Source: Escherichia phage ECOP18. From it: a stretch of 64,000 nt of DNA. A model generated the notes under the pieces. The model searched no databases. It was not told the origin of the DNA and saw only the letters and a list, made by a program, of their open reading frames with translations. Positions 31,047-39,587 of the stretch are shown piece by piece (the stretch's first letter is position 1; each line of letters starts with the position of its first letter). The position numbers were made by a program, and so were the translations under genes. The stretch lies in sequence record NC_105825.1. One strand, written 5' to 3'.

Positions 31047-32057
31047 ATGAGGCTTTATAAACCTGATAATGCCACCGTTTTAAAAGGTGCATTGCGCAAC
31101 CTGCTGGATGGTAGCAAGTCAACCAGCATTAAACATTTTATTAACAAGATTGAAACTATTCATCAAAACTTTTTTGATGATTATGACGCTTATGATATGG
31201 ATAGTTTTCTACCCTTATATAGACAAGGGGCAACGCTAGTTTTATATAATCGGGATTGCCATATCTTTACAGGCAGGGGAGCGGGGCCGGATACCGATTT
31301 TATTGTTGCGCAGGGTAATAATATTGTTGCGTATCATAGCAATTCAGGCCGTCAATCATTTAATATAAATAGTTTTGAGCTTATTGGACTTGATCTGATA
31401 AATGGACTTTCTAGCATTGAGGGATTTTTAGATGTTATCTGGAAGTATTTACCCGCTGGATGGCATAAGCCGGATAACGACGGATCTCAATATACCGGTA
31501 TAATGGCTTTTGATGGCGACGGTAATTTTTTGTTACCACGGGAGCTATACCCATATATTTATGATGGGGATATAGAAAGCGCTGGTTTTTCTTTCTGGAA
31601 AGATGAAGATCAGATTATTGACAGCGTAGAAAACCATGCTGTAAATTCTAACACTCAAAGCGTTAACACTCAAACTACTGAAAACAAAGGAAAAAACACT
31701 AGGACCAAGATTGCTAACATCGTTGCCGCTAATAAATCCGCCGTTGTAAATGCTGCAAAACTGGAAGCGGGTAAAATTGCACTGACTCAAATCACGAAAG
31801 TAGCGGCTAAAAAAGCACCGTTCATGATTAAAGGCTATATTGATACGCCGATTGGTCGAGTAGTGATTGCTAACCTGCTAAGTGTAGCGGTTGACCAGTA
31901 CGCACCGACTAACCAGAAAGCGAAAGCGGTAGCAGGGGCGGCTATGGAAGCGGCAATGGTGGAAATGGTGCAAAGTTTTAACATCGCTGAAATGATTGAT
32001 GAAATGGTGAAAGGTATTGATATTTCTACTTTTACCACTAGCACCGAAATCGAGTAA
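31047..32057 (+). CDS. hypothetical protein (336 aa)
   Basis: RBS gagggagg upstream; N-terminal globular part, NT-rich linker, amphipathic Ala/Val/Lys-rich C-terminus. Confidence 0.6.
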   Translation: MRLYKPDNATVLKGALRNLLDGSKSTSIKHFINKIETIHQNFFDDYDAYDMDSFLPLYRQGATLVLYNRDCHIFTGRGAGPDTDFIVAQGNNIVAYHSNSGRQSFNINSFELIGLDLINGLSSIEGFLDVIWKYLPAGWHKPDNDGSQYTGIMAFDGDGNFLLPRELYPYIYDGDIESAGFSFWKDEDQIIDSVENHAVNSNTQSVNTQTTENKGKNTRTKIANIVAANKSAVVNAAKLEAGKIALTQITKVAAKKAPFMIKGYIDTPIGRVVIANLLSVAVDQYAPTNQKAKAVAGAAMEAAMVEMVQSFNIAEMIDEMVKGIDISTFTTSTEIE

Positions 32058-32066
32058 TAATATTTA

Positions 32067-32096
32067 GTGGGGATTATTTCCCCACTTTACTATTCC
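32067..32096 (+). terminator. hairpin plus T-rich tail
   Basis: agtggggattatttccccact followed by ttactatt. Confidence 0.45.
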
Positions 32097-32122
32097 CTTG
32101 TTAATTAATAGGAGGCTAACTA

Positions 32123-32617
32123 ATGGCTGAGGAAAAATACGGCTTCTCGCTAGGAGAAGTGAGCACGGCTAAACATGATATGATCATTTTAGTCGATTGT
32201 CATACTGGCTATTGCGGAGAAGGGAACACCGAAGAATACTTTGTTCCTGCTGGTACGGATCTGGACGCTTTCGCTCATGAAATGGCTATTGATAATGCTT
32301 CTCGTTTTGGTAGCGATGGCTATGAAGACGAAGAAACTGGCGAATGGTATGAAAATGAAAACGTATATGCAAGCCTTTATCATTATCAGCTAAGTAAATC
32401 CGGCACATATGTAAACGGCGGCGATCCTATTAATTCCGTCATGAAATTAATTATTAAATATGGTGGCGTCGAGATAATTGATAACAAAGCGGTAATATAC
32501 GCAAACCGATTAAAACAGCTTGTTTATATTCCTGATAGTACCCGATGGGATGAATACGCTGTTTTGCATGACGAATTGAAACGATGTTTCAATATTGAAT
32601 CCCTGCAAGTAGTCTAA
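32123..32617 (+). CDS. hypothetical acidic protein (164 aa)
   Basis: RBS aggaggc; Asp/Glu/Tyr-rich, no motif. Confidence 0.6.
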   Translation: MAEEKYGFSLGEVSTAKHDMIILVDCHTGYCGEGNTEEYFVPAGTDLDAFAHEMAIDNASRFGSDGYEDEETGEWYENENVYASLYHYQLSKSGTYVNGGDPINSVMKLIIKYGGVEIIDNKAVIYANRLKQLVYIPDSTRWDEYAVLHDELKRCFNIESLQVV

Positions 32618-32722
32618 TGTAAAGTTTTGTAAAGGTCGCCTTTTATGGTGGCCTTTTTTGTTATAATGCTTTTACACCAAAACGGTGGATTGAAAATTTT
32701 CCCAAAAATTTGGAGGCTTAAA

Positions 32723-32953
32723 ATGGTTGCTTATTCTTCTGCTAGTCATCTGTTTACCGCGCAAGGCTGGGTATCTAATCGTGCTGTCATCTATGAAATG
32801 GTGCAGGAGTTCGGCATTGCTAAAACTTATAATACCATTCAGGAACTATATAACGCCGATAAAATCGATCAGCAAACGGCTGGCTTTTTACTGGATACCC
32901 TGAAAGCTGAACATTGCACTAAAAAACAAGCCGCTAAAATTGTTTTAATGTAA
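32723..32953 (+). CDS. hypothetical protein (~76 aa; start moved to ATG with RBS)
   Basis: ggaggcttaaaATG at 32723; ORF track start 32645 lacks RBS. Confidence 0.45.
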   Translation: MVAYSSASHLFTAQGWVSNRAVIYEMVQEFGIAKTYNTIQELYNADKIDQQTAGFLLDTLKAEHCTKKQAAKIVLM

Positions 32954-33002
32954 TTAATAACGGGGCGTTACTTTCGCCCCGATAACTAGGAGGCTATCAC
33001 AA

Positions 33003-33150
33003 ATGGTTATTTTTCGATCTATTTTAGCGGGTATCTTGGGCGCTATTTTATCGTTATTTGCGATAGCTTTCGGCGTTCACGCTGTTATTATTGGCGCTGG
33101 CATTGCTGCGTTTTCTTATCTGCTGGGCTGCATGACTAGTAAAGGAGAAT
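33003..33150 (+). CDS. small membrane peptide (49 aa)
   Basis: Not in ORF track; strong RBS taggaggct; two hydrophobic helices. Confidence 0.45.
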
Positions 33151-33154
33151 AAAA

Positions 33155-33367
33155 ATGATCCGCAACGTTTCCCTTGCACGTTCGAAAGGCTTTAAGCTGG
33201 TGGATGTTAACACGTTCGAGCGGGAAGATTGTAAAATCGAATATGTAGCACGTAACAAAAATGCCTTTCGTGTTACCGAGAAAAAATTTGATAAGCGCGG
33301 CAACGTGATAGCTGAAACAGTTAAACATTTTGCCACCTTTTACGCTGCTTTTCGTGGGGTATTATGA
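33155..33367 (+). CDS. hypothetical protein (70 aa)
   Basis: RBS aaggaga; basic. Confidence 0.45.
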   Translation: MIRNVSLARSKGFKLVDVNTFEREDCKIEYVARNKNAFRVTEKKFDKRGNVIAETVKHFATFYAAFRGVL

Positions 33368-33486
33368 TTCAGCAAATTAAAACGGCTTTTCGTTTTTGGG
33401 GCGTCCTGCCTTCAATTGGTTTTATTCTGATAATTATTAGTCAGCTAATGATCATCGGCGGAACTATTTGGGAGCTATGCAAATGA
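33364..33486 (+). CDS. small membrane peptide (40 aa)
   Basis: Not in ORF track; start overlaps previous stop; single TM helix. Confidence 0.35.
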   Translation: MIQQIKTAFRFWGVLPSIGFILIIISQLMIIGGTIWELCK

Positions 33487-33827
33487 TAATTTATGAAGGC
33501 AATCGCTTTGTTGCTAATTACCGTCCGGCATTATTAGCAAACTATTTAAACCAGCTTTCCCCAGCTTATAAGGGCGTTATTAATATTTATGAGGGAAAGG
33601 CGCATTATAAAATTAATGCGGTCGTTGCCCGTGAACTAGCATTTCAATTTTTGACCTTTGCATCTTGTGACGTTCAGGTTATGGGTGAGGCATTAATCGC
33701 GGAAAATGAAGAGGATTTTATTAATATTTTCCGTAAGGTATGCACTGAGCGCTTGATAATGAAAGGCGCGTATATTCAATCAACTGCGGAAAGTATTGAA
33801 ACAGCATTTCGAAAGGTGGCGCAATGA
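33483..33827 (+). CDS. hypothetical protein (~114 aa)
   Basis: ATGA overlap with previous gene; ORF track frame 33468-33827. Confidence 0.45.
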   Translation: MIIYEGNRFVANYRPALLANYLNQLSPAYKGVINIYEGKAHYKINAVVARELAFQFLTFASCDVQVMGEALIAENEEDFINIFRKVCTERLIMKGAYIQSTAESIETAFRKVAQ

Positions 33828-33927
33828 GATTATATATTTTCGTTGGTAATGTTAAGGCAGCTAATGATTCCGCTGGTGGCGACAACGTTCGCCACCATTG
33901 GCAAAAATATATTTACTAGGAGTTATT

Positions 33928-34035
33928 ATGTCTGGTTTAATGTTTACCTTATTAGTAGTTTATAGCATAATTACGGCAGGAATAGTAACTTATGTTACTA
34001 GTAAAATTTGGCCGGGAATATATGGTAATTTTTAA
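33928..34035 (+). CDS. small membrane peptide (35 aa)
   Basis: Not in ORF track; RBS taggag; single TM helix. Confidence 0.35.
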   Translation: MSGLMFTLLVVYSIITAGIVTYVTSKIWPGIYGNF

Positions 34036-34050
34036 TAACGGAGCGTTATT

Positions 34051-34254
34051 ATGAGCAATAAAATTATTGTAACCAAAATCAGTACAATGGTTGATGTTTT
34101 TTACGTGCCAGATACGCCGGAGAATCGGCAAGCGGTCGAGCGGGGCGAATATGATAAAGTGATTTATGATCACGATGGTTATTATCAGTATTTGGTGGAT
34201 TCCTACGGGGAGGAGGAGAAGATCACGCATCGACTACCGGAGGAGGGTTTATGA
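34051..34254 (+). CDS. hypothetical acidic protein (67 aa)
   Basis: ORF track; RBS acggag. Confidence 0.45.
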   Translation: MSNKIIVTKISTMVDVFYVPDTPENRQAVERGEYDKVIYDHDGYYQYLVDSYGEEEKITHRLPEEGL

Positions 34255-34406
34255 AACGATGGTTTAATCACTGGTACAAGCGGTTTTTAGTACGCCGTCG
34301 CAAGTCTAGGCATCAAGATGAGTGGCGGGAGTGGGCAAAGCGTAACGGTTGCCCGCTACTATAATAATCACGGGGCGCAACTATCGGGAAGTGCCCCCAA
34401 TTCTCA

Positions 34407-34427
34407 AATGAGAATGATTCTCATTTG
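34407..34427. repeat. Fur-box-like palindrome, copy 1
   Basis: aaatgagaatgattctcattt. Confidence 0.5.
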
Positions 34428-34620
34428 ACCGCGCCCGCGATGGTTAGCCTGCTAATGATTAGGGTGTTACGTGTCGCCTTGTGTGATCGTTAGCGAGCTA
34501 ACTAATTTTCAAGCCTCCTCCAATTTTGCCCTTGTTTTAGTATCTCCACCAAAATTAAACGCGTTAGAATGCGATCTAGGACGTTTTAACGCTATATTAG
34601 AATTATTCACTGCGTAGGAA

Positions 34621-34640
34621 TACTGTATATTTATACAGTA
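34621..34640. promoter_or_regulatory. LexA (SOS) box-like palindrome tactgtatatttatacagta
   Basis: CTGT-N8-ACAG, close to consensus TACTGTATATATATACAGTA. Confidence 0.5.
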
Positions 34641-34648
34641 GGATAAGC

Positions 34649-34657
34649 TGTGGATAA
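34649..34657 (-). promoter_or_regulatory. DnaA box (tgtggataa)
   Basis: Perfect reverse complement of TTATCCACA. Confidence 0.55.
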
Positions 34658-34721
34658 GTCTGTTAATAACACCCCAAAATGGCTAGGATTCTGTCAAGTC
34701 AAATCGTGCTGTTAATAAGTC

Positions 34722-34730
34722 TGTGGATAA
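34722..34730 (-). promoter_or_regulatory. DnaA box (tgtggataa)
   Basis: Perfect reverse complement of TTATCCACA. Confidence 0.55.
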
Positions 34731-34796
34731 CTTAAATAATAGTGTTTCTCACTTCCGTTCTTAAATACGAATCACTATCATTTGCGTTCCACTTTC

Positions 34797-34815
34797 TAAA
34801 TGAGAATCATTCTGC
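34797..34815. repeat. Fur-box-like palindrome, copy 2
   Basis: taaatgagaatcattctgc. Confidence 0.45.
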
Positions 34816-34901
34816 TTTTTAAAGGAGAATCGTTTCACTTCCTGAATAATTCTCACTTCCATTCTTAAATGCGAATTATTATCATTCTCATTCCGCTTTT
34901 T

Positions 34902-34930
34902 AAATGAGAATCATTCTCATTATCATTCGC
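34902..34930. repeat. Fur-box-like palindrome, copy 3 (perfect 19-bp palindrome AATGAGAATCATTCTCATT)
   Basis: aaatgagaatcattctcattatcattcgc. Confidence 0.5.
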
Positions 34931-34964
34931 ATTCAGGCGAGCAGGGCAATTGCCCTGCGCTTTT

Positions 34965-35632
34965 GTGCAAATCCGACATTGCTCCACGGGTGTTACGTGC
35001 GGGCGTGTATGTGCGAATCCGACAATTTTTGGTAGTGTGCAAATCCGACCCGAAAAATTTTTATAGTGTGCAAATCCGACAATGAATTTTCCTAAAAACT
35101 CCAGCAATCACGAACTGCGTTCGAATCCTGTGGGGTATGTGCAAATCCGACACGGTTTTTCTAGGATTAAGATGTGCGAATCCGACAAGATTTTTGTGAC
35201 TTCGATTGGAGGGTGTGTGATTGTGTGAGTTTGGGGAGAAGTTGAGAGAGCGAGAAAAATTTGAGGGAACTGCGGGAGGGGCGCATGTTTGGTGCGGAGC
35301 ACCTGATTTGCGGGGATTTTGGGGAAGAGTTGAGAAGATTTGGGTTAATTTGAGATTAGTGCAGAAAAAGTAAAATTTTATTAGCTAAATGGAGCAAAAT
35401 AGCTTGACAAGTGAAAATTCTTGTGGCTCTAAAAACTCAGGCAATCATGGGCCTTCGGCCCGAAATAATGCTGCCATTTTCAGGAGATTATGTGTCCATG
35501 AAAACTCAGGCAATCATGGGCCTTCGGCCCGAAATAATGCTGCCATTTTCAGGAGATTATGTGTCCATGAAAACTTAGGCAATTGTGCAAATCCGACCAG
35601 TTTTTAAACTTATGTCAGTGTGCAAATCCGAC
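34965..35632 (+). repeat. dispersed direct-repeat family GTGC(A/G)AATCCGAC(A/C), eight copies
   Basis: Copies at 34965, 35011, 35037, 35068, 35139, 35174, 35585, 35619; each followed by a T/A-rich tract; spacing irregular. Confidence 0.7.
35432..35569 (+). repeat. perfect tandem duplication, 2 x 69 bp, each unit with GGGCC-TTCG-GCCC hairpin
   Basis: Unit aaaactcaggcaatcatgggccttcggcccgaaataatgctgccattttcaggagattatgtgtccatg repeated head to tail. Confidence 0.8.
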
Positions 35633-35677
35633 AGTAATTTCTGGAAATGTGTTTTGGAAAAATGCCCTCTAGAAATA

Positions 35678-35749
35678 ACCGCCCTCCCAATAACCGCCCT
35701 GTATTAAACCGCCTAGTATATGTTCCTAGAAACTTAGGAGAACCGCCCT
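35678..35749 (+). repeat. short direct repeats aaccgccct (3-4 copies)
   Basis: Copies at 35678, 35692 and 35741, plus a degenerate copy at 35707. Confidence 0.5.
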
Positions 35750-36077
35750 AGAAAGAGGGAGTATTTCGTGAGAACTCTGGAGTTTCTAGGAAAGTGTTGT
35801 GCCATCCTAGCAGAAGAGCGGCAACCGGTGTATCATCTTGAACACAAATATTGCCTTTAAATATTTTTAGTTATTTAAAAGTAAATATACCCCCATTTCA
35901 TGTGAGATTCCTCGTGGGGCGCGTGAGTATTACGGAAGAACTCTAATATTGGCCCGCGCTAAGACTAGCCGCTATAGCACAGACGCAAATAGAGTTGTAA
36001 TAATCATCGCCCCTAGAGTTCACAATAAGAGTTATTGTTAATCTATGAGATTATTATAACATACATTTTTAATAACG

Positions 36078-36833
36078 TCAAGAAGATTTTACTAATGTTT
36101 TTGGATTCTTCTTGGCTTTGAGATATATCCCTTTAGATGCTAGATAGATATATGTTGCTAGAAATGAAGATTCTGATCCCGATTCCTCATAGGTTAACGT
36201 ACCTCTAGGGTATTTATTTGTTTTAGGAGCATAGTTAAGCACAGCCGCAGTTAATGACCCTAATCCTAGAACATCTGCAAGACGTCTAAAGGTATTCTCT
36301 TCATCATGGATAGCATAAAGAATGTTATCTTCAATATCCGTTAATGGAATTTTACGGGTATGAGATACTGCAATCCGTGCTATCATAGCTCCAATTGTTT
36401 TATTAATATCCTCGAAAGAAACACTCTCCATATATTTTAGAGGGGGAAGATGGTCATATTTACATTTCTTAGGTGGAATAAGAAGTTGTTCAGGATAAGC
36501 CTCTAGTGCCTGACGAACGTTTGCTTCTGGATATGTTGGTAAAGGTTCATCTATAATAACATGTAAGAAATTAGCTCTGTGCCCCTTAGCAGTTGGATCT
36601 AAAGACTTCAATATTTTGTTCATATCCACGTATGAATACGCTAGATCTGCTTGAGGAGCATTAATATCAAACTTAATCTTCTTACCTTCCCATTTAGCAG
36701 GGAACATCTCACAAACAAACATTACTGCATGTTTAACATCTGGCTCTAGCTCTGATAGACATTTGTGATCTGCTGTTACTGCTAAAGCGAGTATATTCTT
36801 AAATTTATTAGCTTCTTCAATCATATATCCCAT
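36078..36833 (-). CDS. hypothetical early protein (251 aa)
   Basis: ORF track; no motif recognised. Confidence 0.45.
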   Translation of the reverse strand: MGYMIEEANKFKNILALAVTADHKCLSELEPDVKHAVMFVCEMFPAKWEGKKIKFDINAPQADLAYSYVDMNKILKSLDPTAKGHRANFLHVIIDEPLPTYPEANVRQALEAYPEQLLIPPKKCKYDHLPPLKYMESVSFEDINKTIGAMIARIAVSHTRKIPLTDIEDNILYAIHDEENTFRRLADVLGLGSLTAAVLNYAPKTNKYPRGTLTYEESGSESSFLATYIYLASKGIYLKAKKNPKTLVKSS

Positions 36834-37162
36834 GCCTGCTGACTATTATCACTAACTTGTGTCTTTTTCTTTCTTTGTGGTTTAAAAGCTCCTTTAGTAT
36901 TGCTTCTATTAGGCTCTAATTTATACCACAGCATTCCTAGCTGGTTAACCATATGAGCAACATTTCTAGGAGTCAATGGTGGTAGAAATTCGCAGTTTGA
37001 TATTTCCACTAATATATTAAGTAACTCTGTCTCTTTAGCTTTACTGTTTACTACCACCACGTATTCTAATGTTTCTACCTCGGAATCCTCGTCTTTATAG
37101 TAGAGGCTAAGAGTAATTAAATTGTCACCAGCAGGAGTTATTTTTGTTTTACCAAATATCAT
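36821..37162 (-). CDS. hypothetical early protein (113 aa)
   Basis: ORF track. Confidence 0.4.
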   Translation of the reverse strand: MIFGKTKITPAGDNLITLSLYYKDEDSEVETLEYVVVVNSKAKETELLNILVEISNCEFLPPLTPRNVAHMVNQLGMLWYKLEPNRSNTKGAFKPQRKKKTQVSDNSQQAWDI

Positions 37163-37755
37163 TAATTACCTCTCTTATCTTCATTAATAGCAGCTCCCAA
37201 CGCCTCCATAATAGCATCCTCTAAACTTCCATGTTTACCAGGATTATTAAAATGAATAGTACAAACAGAACTCCTAGAAACTCCAGCATCCACAGGTGCT
37301 ACGCTTCGCATATCAGATTCAAAAGCTTCTTGAGTATGTTTCAACTGCACAGAAGGGCCGTAATCTTCACCAACTCGATAAGATTGATTAGACGACAGCG
37401 TACCACCGCATGGAACATTGTGTAAATCCGATGATTTATTTAACAGTGCAATACCGCCTTTTGACCACGGGTCACTAACAGTGGTACTGGGACGATTTAC
37501 CTCAGTCTTCACGAGTTTATAACCAGCGTCTATTAGTGCATTAATCAGGTTATCAGCTGGGATGCGAGCCGTGCCAAAAATCTTACGAGCATCTTCAAGC
37601 TTACCTTCAAAATCTTTACACGCTCTAAGGTCGGTGTGTGCAAATGTTAGCTTCATAGATTTGAATTGTACAGTAGCAGTTAAATCTTTAAAGCTATAAT
37701 CCCATGTGTTCAGTTCATGGTCTAGTACTAATTGAATAGGTTGTTGTGTAAACAT
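37162..37755 (-). CDS. hypothetical early protein (197 aa)
   Basis: ORF track. Confidence 0.45.
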   Translation of the reverse strand: MFTQQPIQLVLDHELNTWDYSFKDLTATVQFKSMKLTFAHTDLRACKDFEGKLEDARKIFGTARIPADNLINALIDAGYKLVKTEVNRPSTTVSDPWSKGGIALLNKSSDLHNVPCGGTLSSNQSYRVGEDYGPSVQLKHTQEAFESDMRSVAPVDAGVSRSSVCTIHFNNPGKHGSLEDAIMEALGAAINEDKRGN

Positions 37756-37940
37756 TATTTATTCTCCAGTTTGTCTAACAGTTTATGGGCTGCTAGATTA
37801 TATTGTTTGAGTTCACGATTAAGGATTTGGTTCTCACACTTTAGCTCTAGATTCTTGTTGTTAAGAATGTTGCAGATTAGTAGAAGTGCTAGTATTAGTA
37901 ACAGAGAACCTACGAGCATTAAAAGAAAAAGAGTTTCCAT
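37755..37940 (-). CDS. small membrane protein (61 aa)
   Basis: TM helix then coiled segment. Confidence 0.35.
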   Translation of the reverse strand: METLFLLMLVGSLLLILALLLICNILNNKNLELKCENQILNRELKQYNLAAHKLLDKLENK

Positions 37941-38173
37941 TATTTAATTCCCATGTAACGTTTGAGATATATGATGAAGTCTTCTGCTGTATGCTCTACG
38001 CTACCTTGAGCTACGAATAGCTTGAGAGCTTCACGTTGTAACTTAAGAGCAGCCAACTCACCCCGTAATTTTACCAGATCTTCTGCTAGTTCTCTAGCTC
38101 TACGCATAATAGCAAAAGATACAAGTACTACGATGAATAACATAACTACTAAAATAATTGCTATGATTTCCAT
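37940..38173 (-). CDS. small membrane protein (77 aa)
   Basis: TM helix then coiled segment. Confidence 0.35.
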   Translation of the reverse strand: MEIIAIILVVMLFIVVLVSFAIMRRARELAEDLVKLRGELAALKLQREALKLFVAQGSVEHTAEDFIIYLKRYMGIK

Positions 38174-38451
38174 ATTAACATCCAGCTTTTATCACACATT
38201 TGGGCATGATCTATCAGTTCATTCATTGATGTGTTGTTATCATAAATGCACTCTAGTATATACTTTCTGTCAAATTCGTCAACCAAATATTCTACATTAT
38301 TTATTACTACTTTATACAGATCTGGGACTAGAGAGCATGTATTTGGTACGGGGCGACTGCTTAAGTCTATTTCATTATAGCCCCATGTTGTTTTAAATAG
38401 TTTGTTACTAAGTGCTGCTAATGGATTTGACCATATAATATAGCTACTCAC
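38161..38451 (-). CDS. hypothetical protein (96 aa)
   Basis: ORF track. Confidence 0.4.
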   Translation of the reverse strand: MSSYIIWSNPLAALSNKLFKTTWGYNEIDLSSRPVPNTCSLVPDLYKVVINNVEYLVDEFDRKYILECIYDNNTSMNELIDHAQMCDKSWMLIWKS

Positions 38452-38992
38452 TATTTATCTCCATTCTTAACTTTGAAAACTTATTATACCAAACTATATG
38501 ATTATCGTCAATTACAAATTTATGATAACATGCTGGTACGGTATAAGTTCCATAATCCGTGACACGCTGCACAACCTTGTGTGCACACAGTCGACAACCG
38601 TGCCCTTCTAAATGAGATCTAGCCGTTTGCCAGTAATAACCATCATGATCCGGACAATAGATCTCGACTTGCTGTTGCATTGTTTTATAATTTACACGCT
38701 CATACCCAAAGAAAGCTCCATGAGCTGCAACAGCTTTCTTGATAAATATAAGGTTTAGTGCTTCTTGCTGAAAGTCGGGATGTAGCTGCTTAATCTTATT
38801 TCTATTAATAGATCCATCAGATTTGATAAACCTATTTATTGGGAAGTTGTTAGCTTCCTCGATTAATAATTCATTTACTTTTTCTCTCATATTAGATATT
38901 CTCACAGCTAAGGTAGAAGCATTCGTAAGCATCACCAGTAAACTCTTTATCTTGTAGTATACACTTAGCCTGGTCTTGTGGTACTCCGGCAT
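38444..38992 (-). CDS. hypothetical protein with C-terminal Cys/His cluster (182 aa; true start may be internal)
   Basis: ORF track; overlaps next ORF by 100 nt. Confidence 0.4.
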   Translation of the reverse strand: MPEYHKTRLSVYYKIKSLLVMLTNASTLAVRISNMREKVNELLIEEANNFPINRFIKSDGSINRNKIKQLHPDFQQEALNLIFIKKAVAAHGAFFGYERVNYKTMQQQVEIYCPDHDGYYWQTARSHLEGHGCRLCAHKVVQRVTDYGTYTVPACYHKFVIDDNHIVWYNKFSKLRMEINSE

Positions 38993-39116
38993 CTAATAAT
39001 TGTTGTTTACTTGGCTTTTCAGCGAATACTTTTACAAAATATTCGCCATCCTGATTATACTCATTTATATCTCTAGTAAGGACATATACTTGCATTTGAA
39101 GTTCCTTGAAACACAA
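38892..39116 (-). CDS. hypothetical protein (74 aa)
   Basis: ORF track. Confidence 0.3.
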   Translation of the reverse strand: MCFKELQMQVYVLTRDINEYNQDGEYFVKVFAEKPSKQQLLDAGVPQDQAKCILQDKEFTGDAYECFYLSCENI

Positions 39117-39143
39117 AAGGCCAGAACAATTAAGTCCTGGCCT
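39109..39143 (-). terminator. rho-independent terminator
   Basis: aggccag...ctggcct hairpin followed by U-run on minus strand. Confidence 0.5.
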
Positions 39144-39149
39144 CTAGAA

Positions 39150-39587
39150 TTAATGAAGTTGTTTACCACTTCTTAAAATAGTGGCCGTTTCCATAAGATT
39201 TAACGTTGTATCACGCTTTTTGATTTGTTTGTCCAGTTCATCGGTACGTTTGCCAATGTAAGCGTTAATAGCCATATTCATAGCTGAGGCAAGATCTTCT
39301 TTGGTTATCTCTTCATTATCTAAAGCTAATTTAGCTAAAGAATCGAAAGTACTAGAAAGGCCTATAAGATCTGAGGTTTCACTGGCCAAAATAGGGTTAA
39401 TATTATCTATTGTTACTTCTAACATAGAGTTAACAATATCTTCTCCGTCTACTAGACCAGATTCAATATTACTCTCCCATTCCTTCATCTGCTCCAGCAA
39501 GGGATTTTTCTTTTCTGTCATGGTAGAGATTTCCTGTGTCAGTTGGTAAGAAGGATGATTGCGTTTTAGGTGGATGTTGTTTAGCAA
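39150..39587 (-). CDS. hypothetical protein (145 aa)
   Basis: ORF track. Confidence 0.4.
   Translation of the reverse strand: MLNNIHLKRNHPSYQLTQEISTMTEKKNPLLEQMKEWESNIESGLVDGEDIVNSMLEVTIDNINPILASETSDLIGLSSTFDSLAKLALDNEEITKEDLASAMNMAINAYIGKRTDELDKQIKKRDTTLNLMETATILRSGKQLH

Noticed and set aside
30511-33879. Two same-strand Chi octamers as evidence of RecBCD protection.
   Set aside because: Two 8-mers in 64 kb is close to chance expectation; reported only as a minor note inside the control-region finding.
35389-35607. 72-aa plus-strand ORF with internally repeated peptide.
   Set aside because: It is created by the perfect 69-bp tandem duplication, has no RBS and sits in a repeat-rich non-coding block.
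34965-35632. Possible CRISPR array suggested by eight copies of a 14-bp motif.
   Set aside because: The repeat is too short, spacing is irregular (about 26-430 bp), the flanks are T/A tracts rather than unique spacers, and there are no cas genes.
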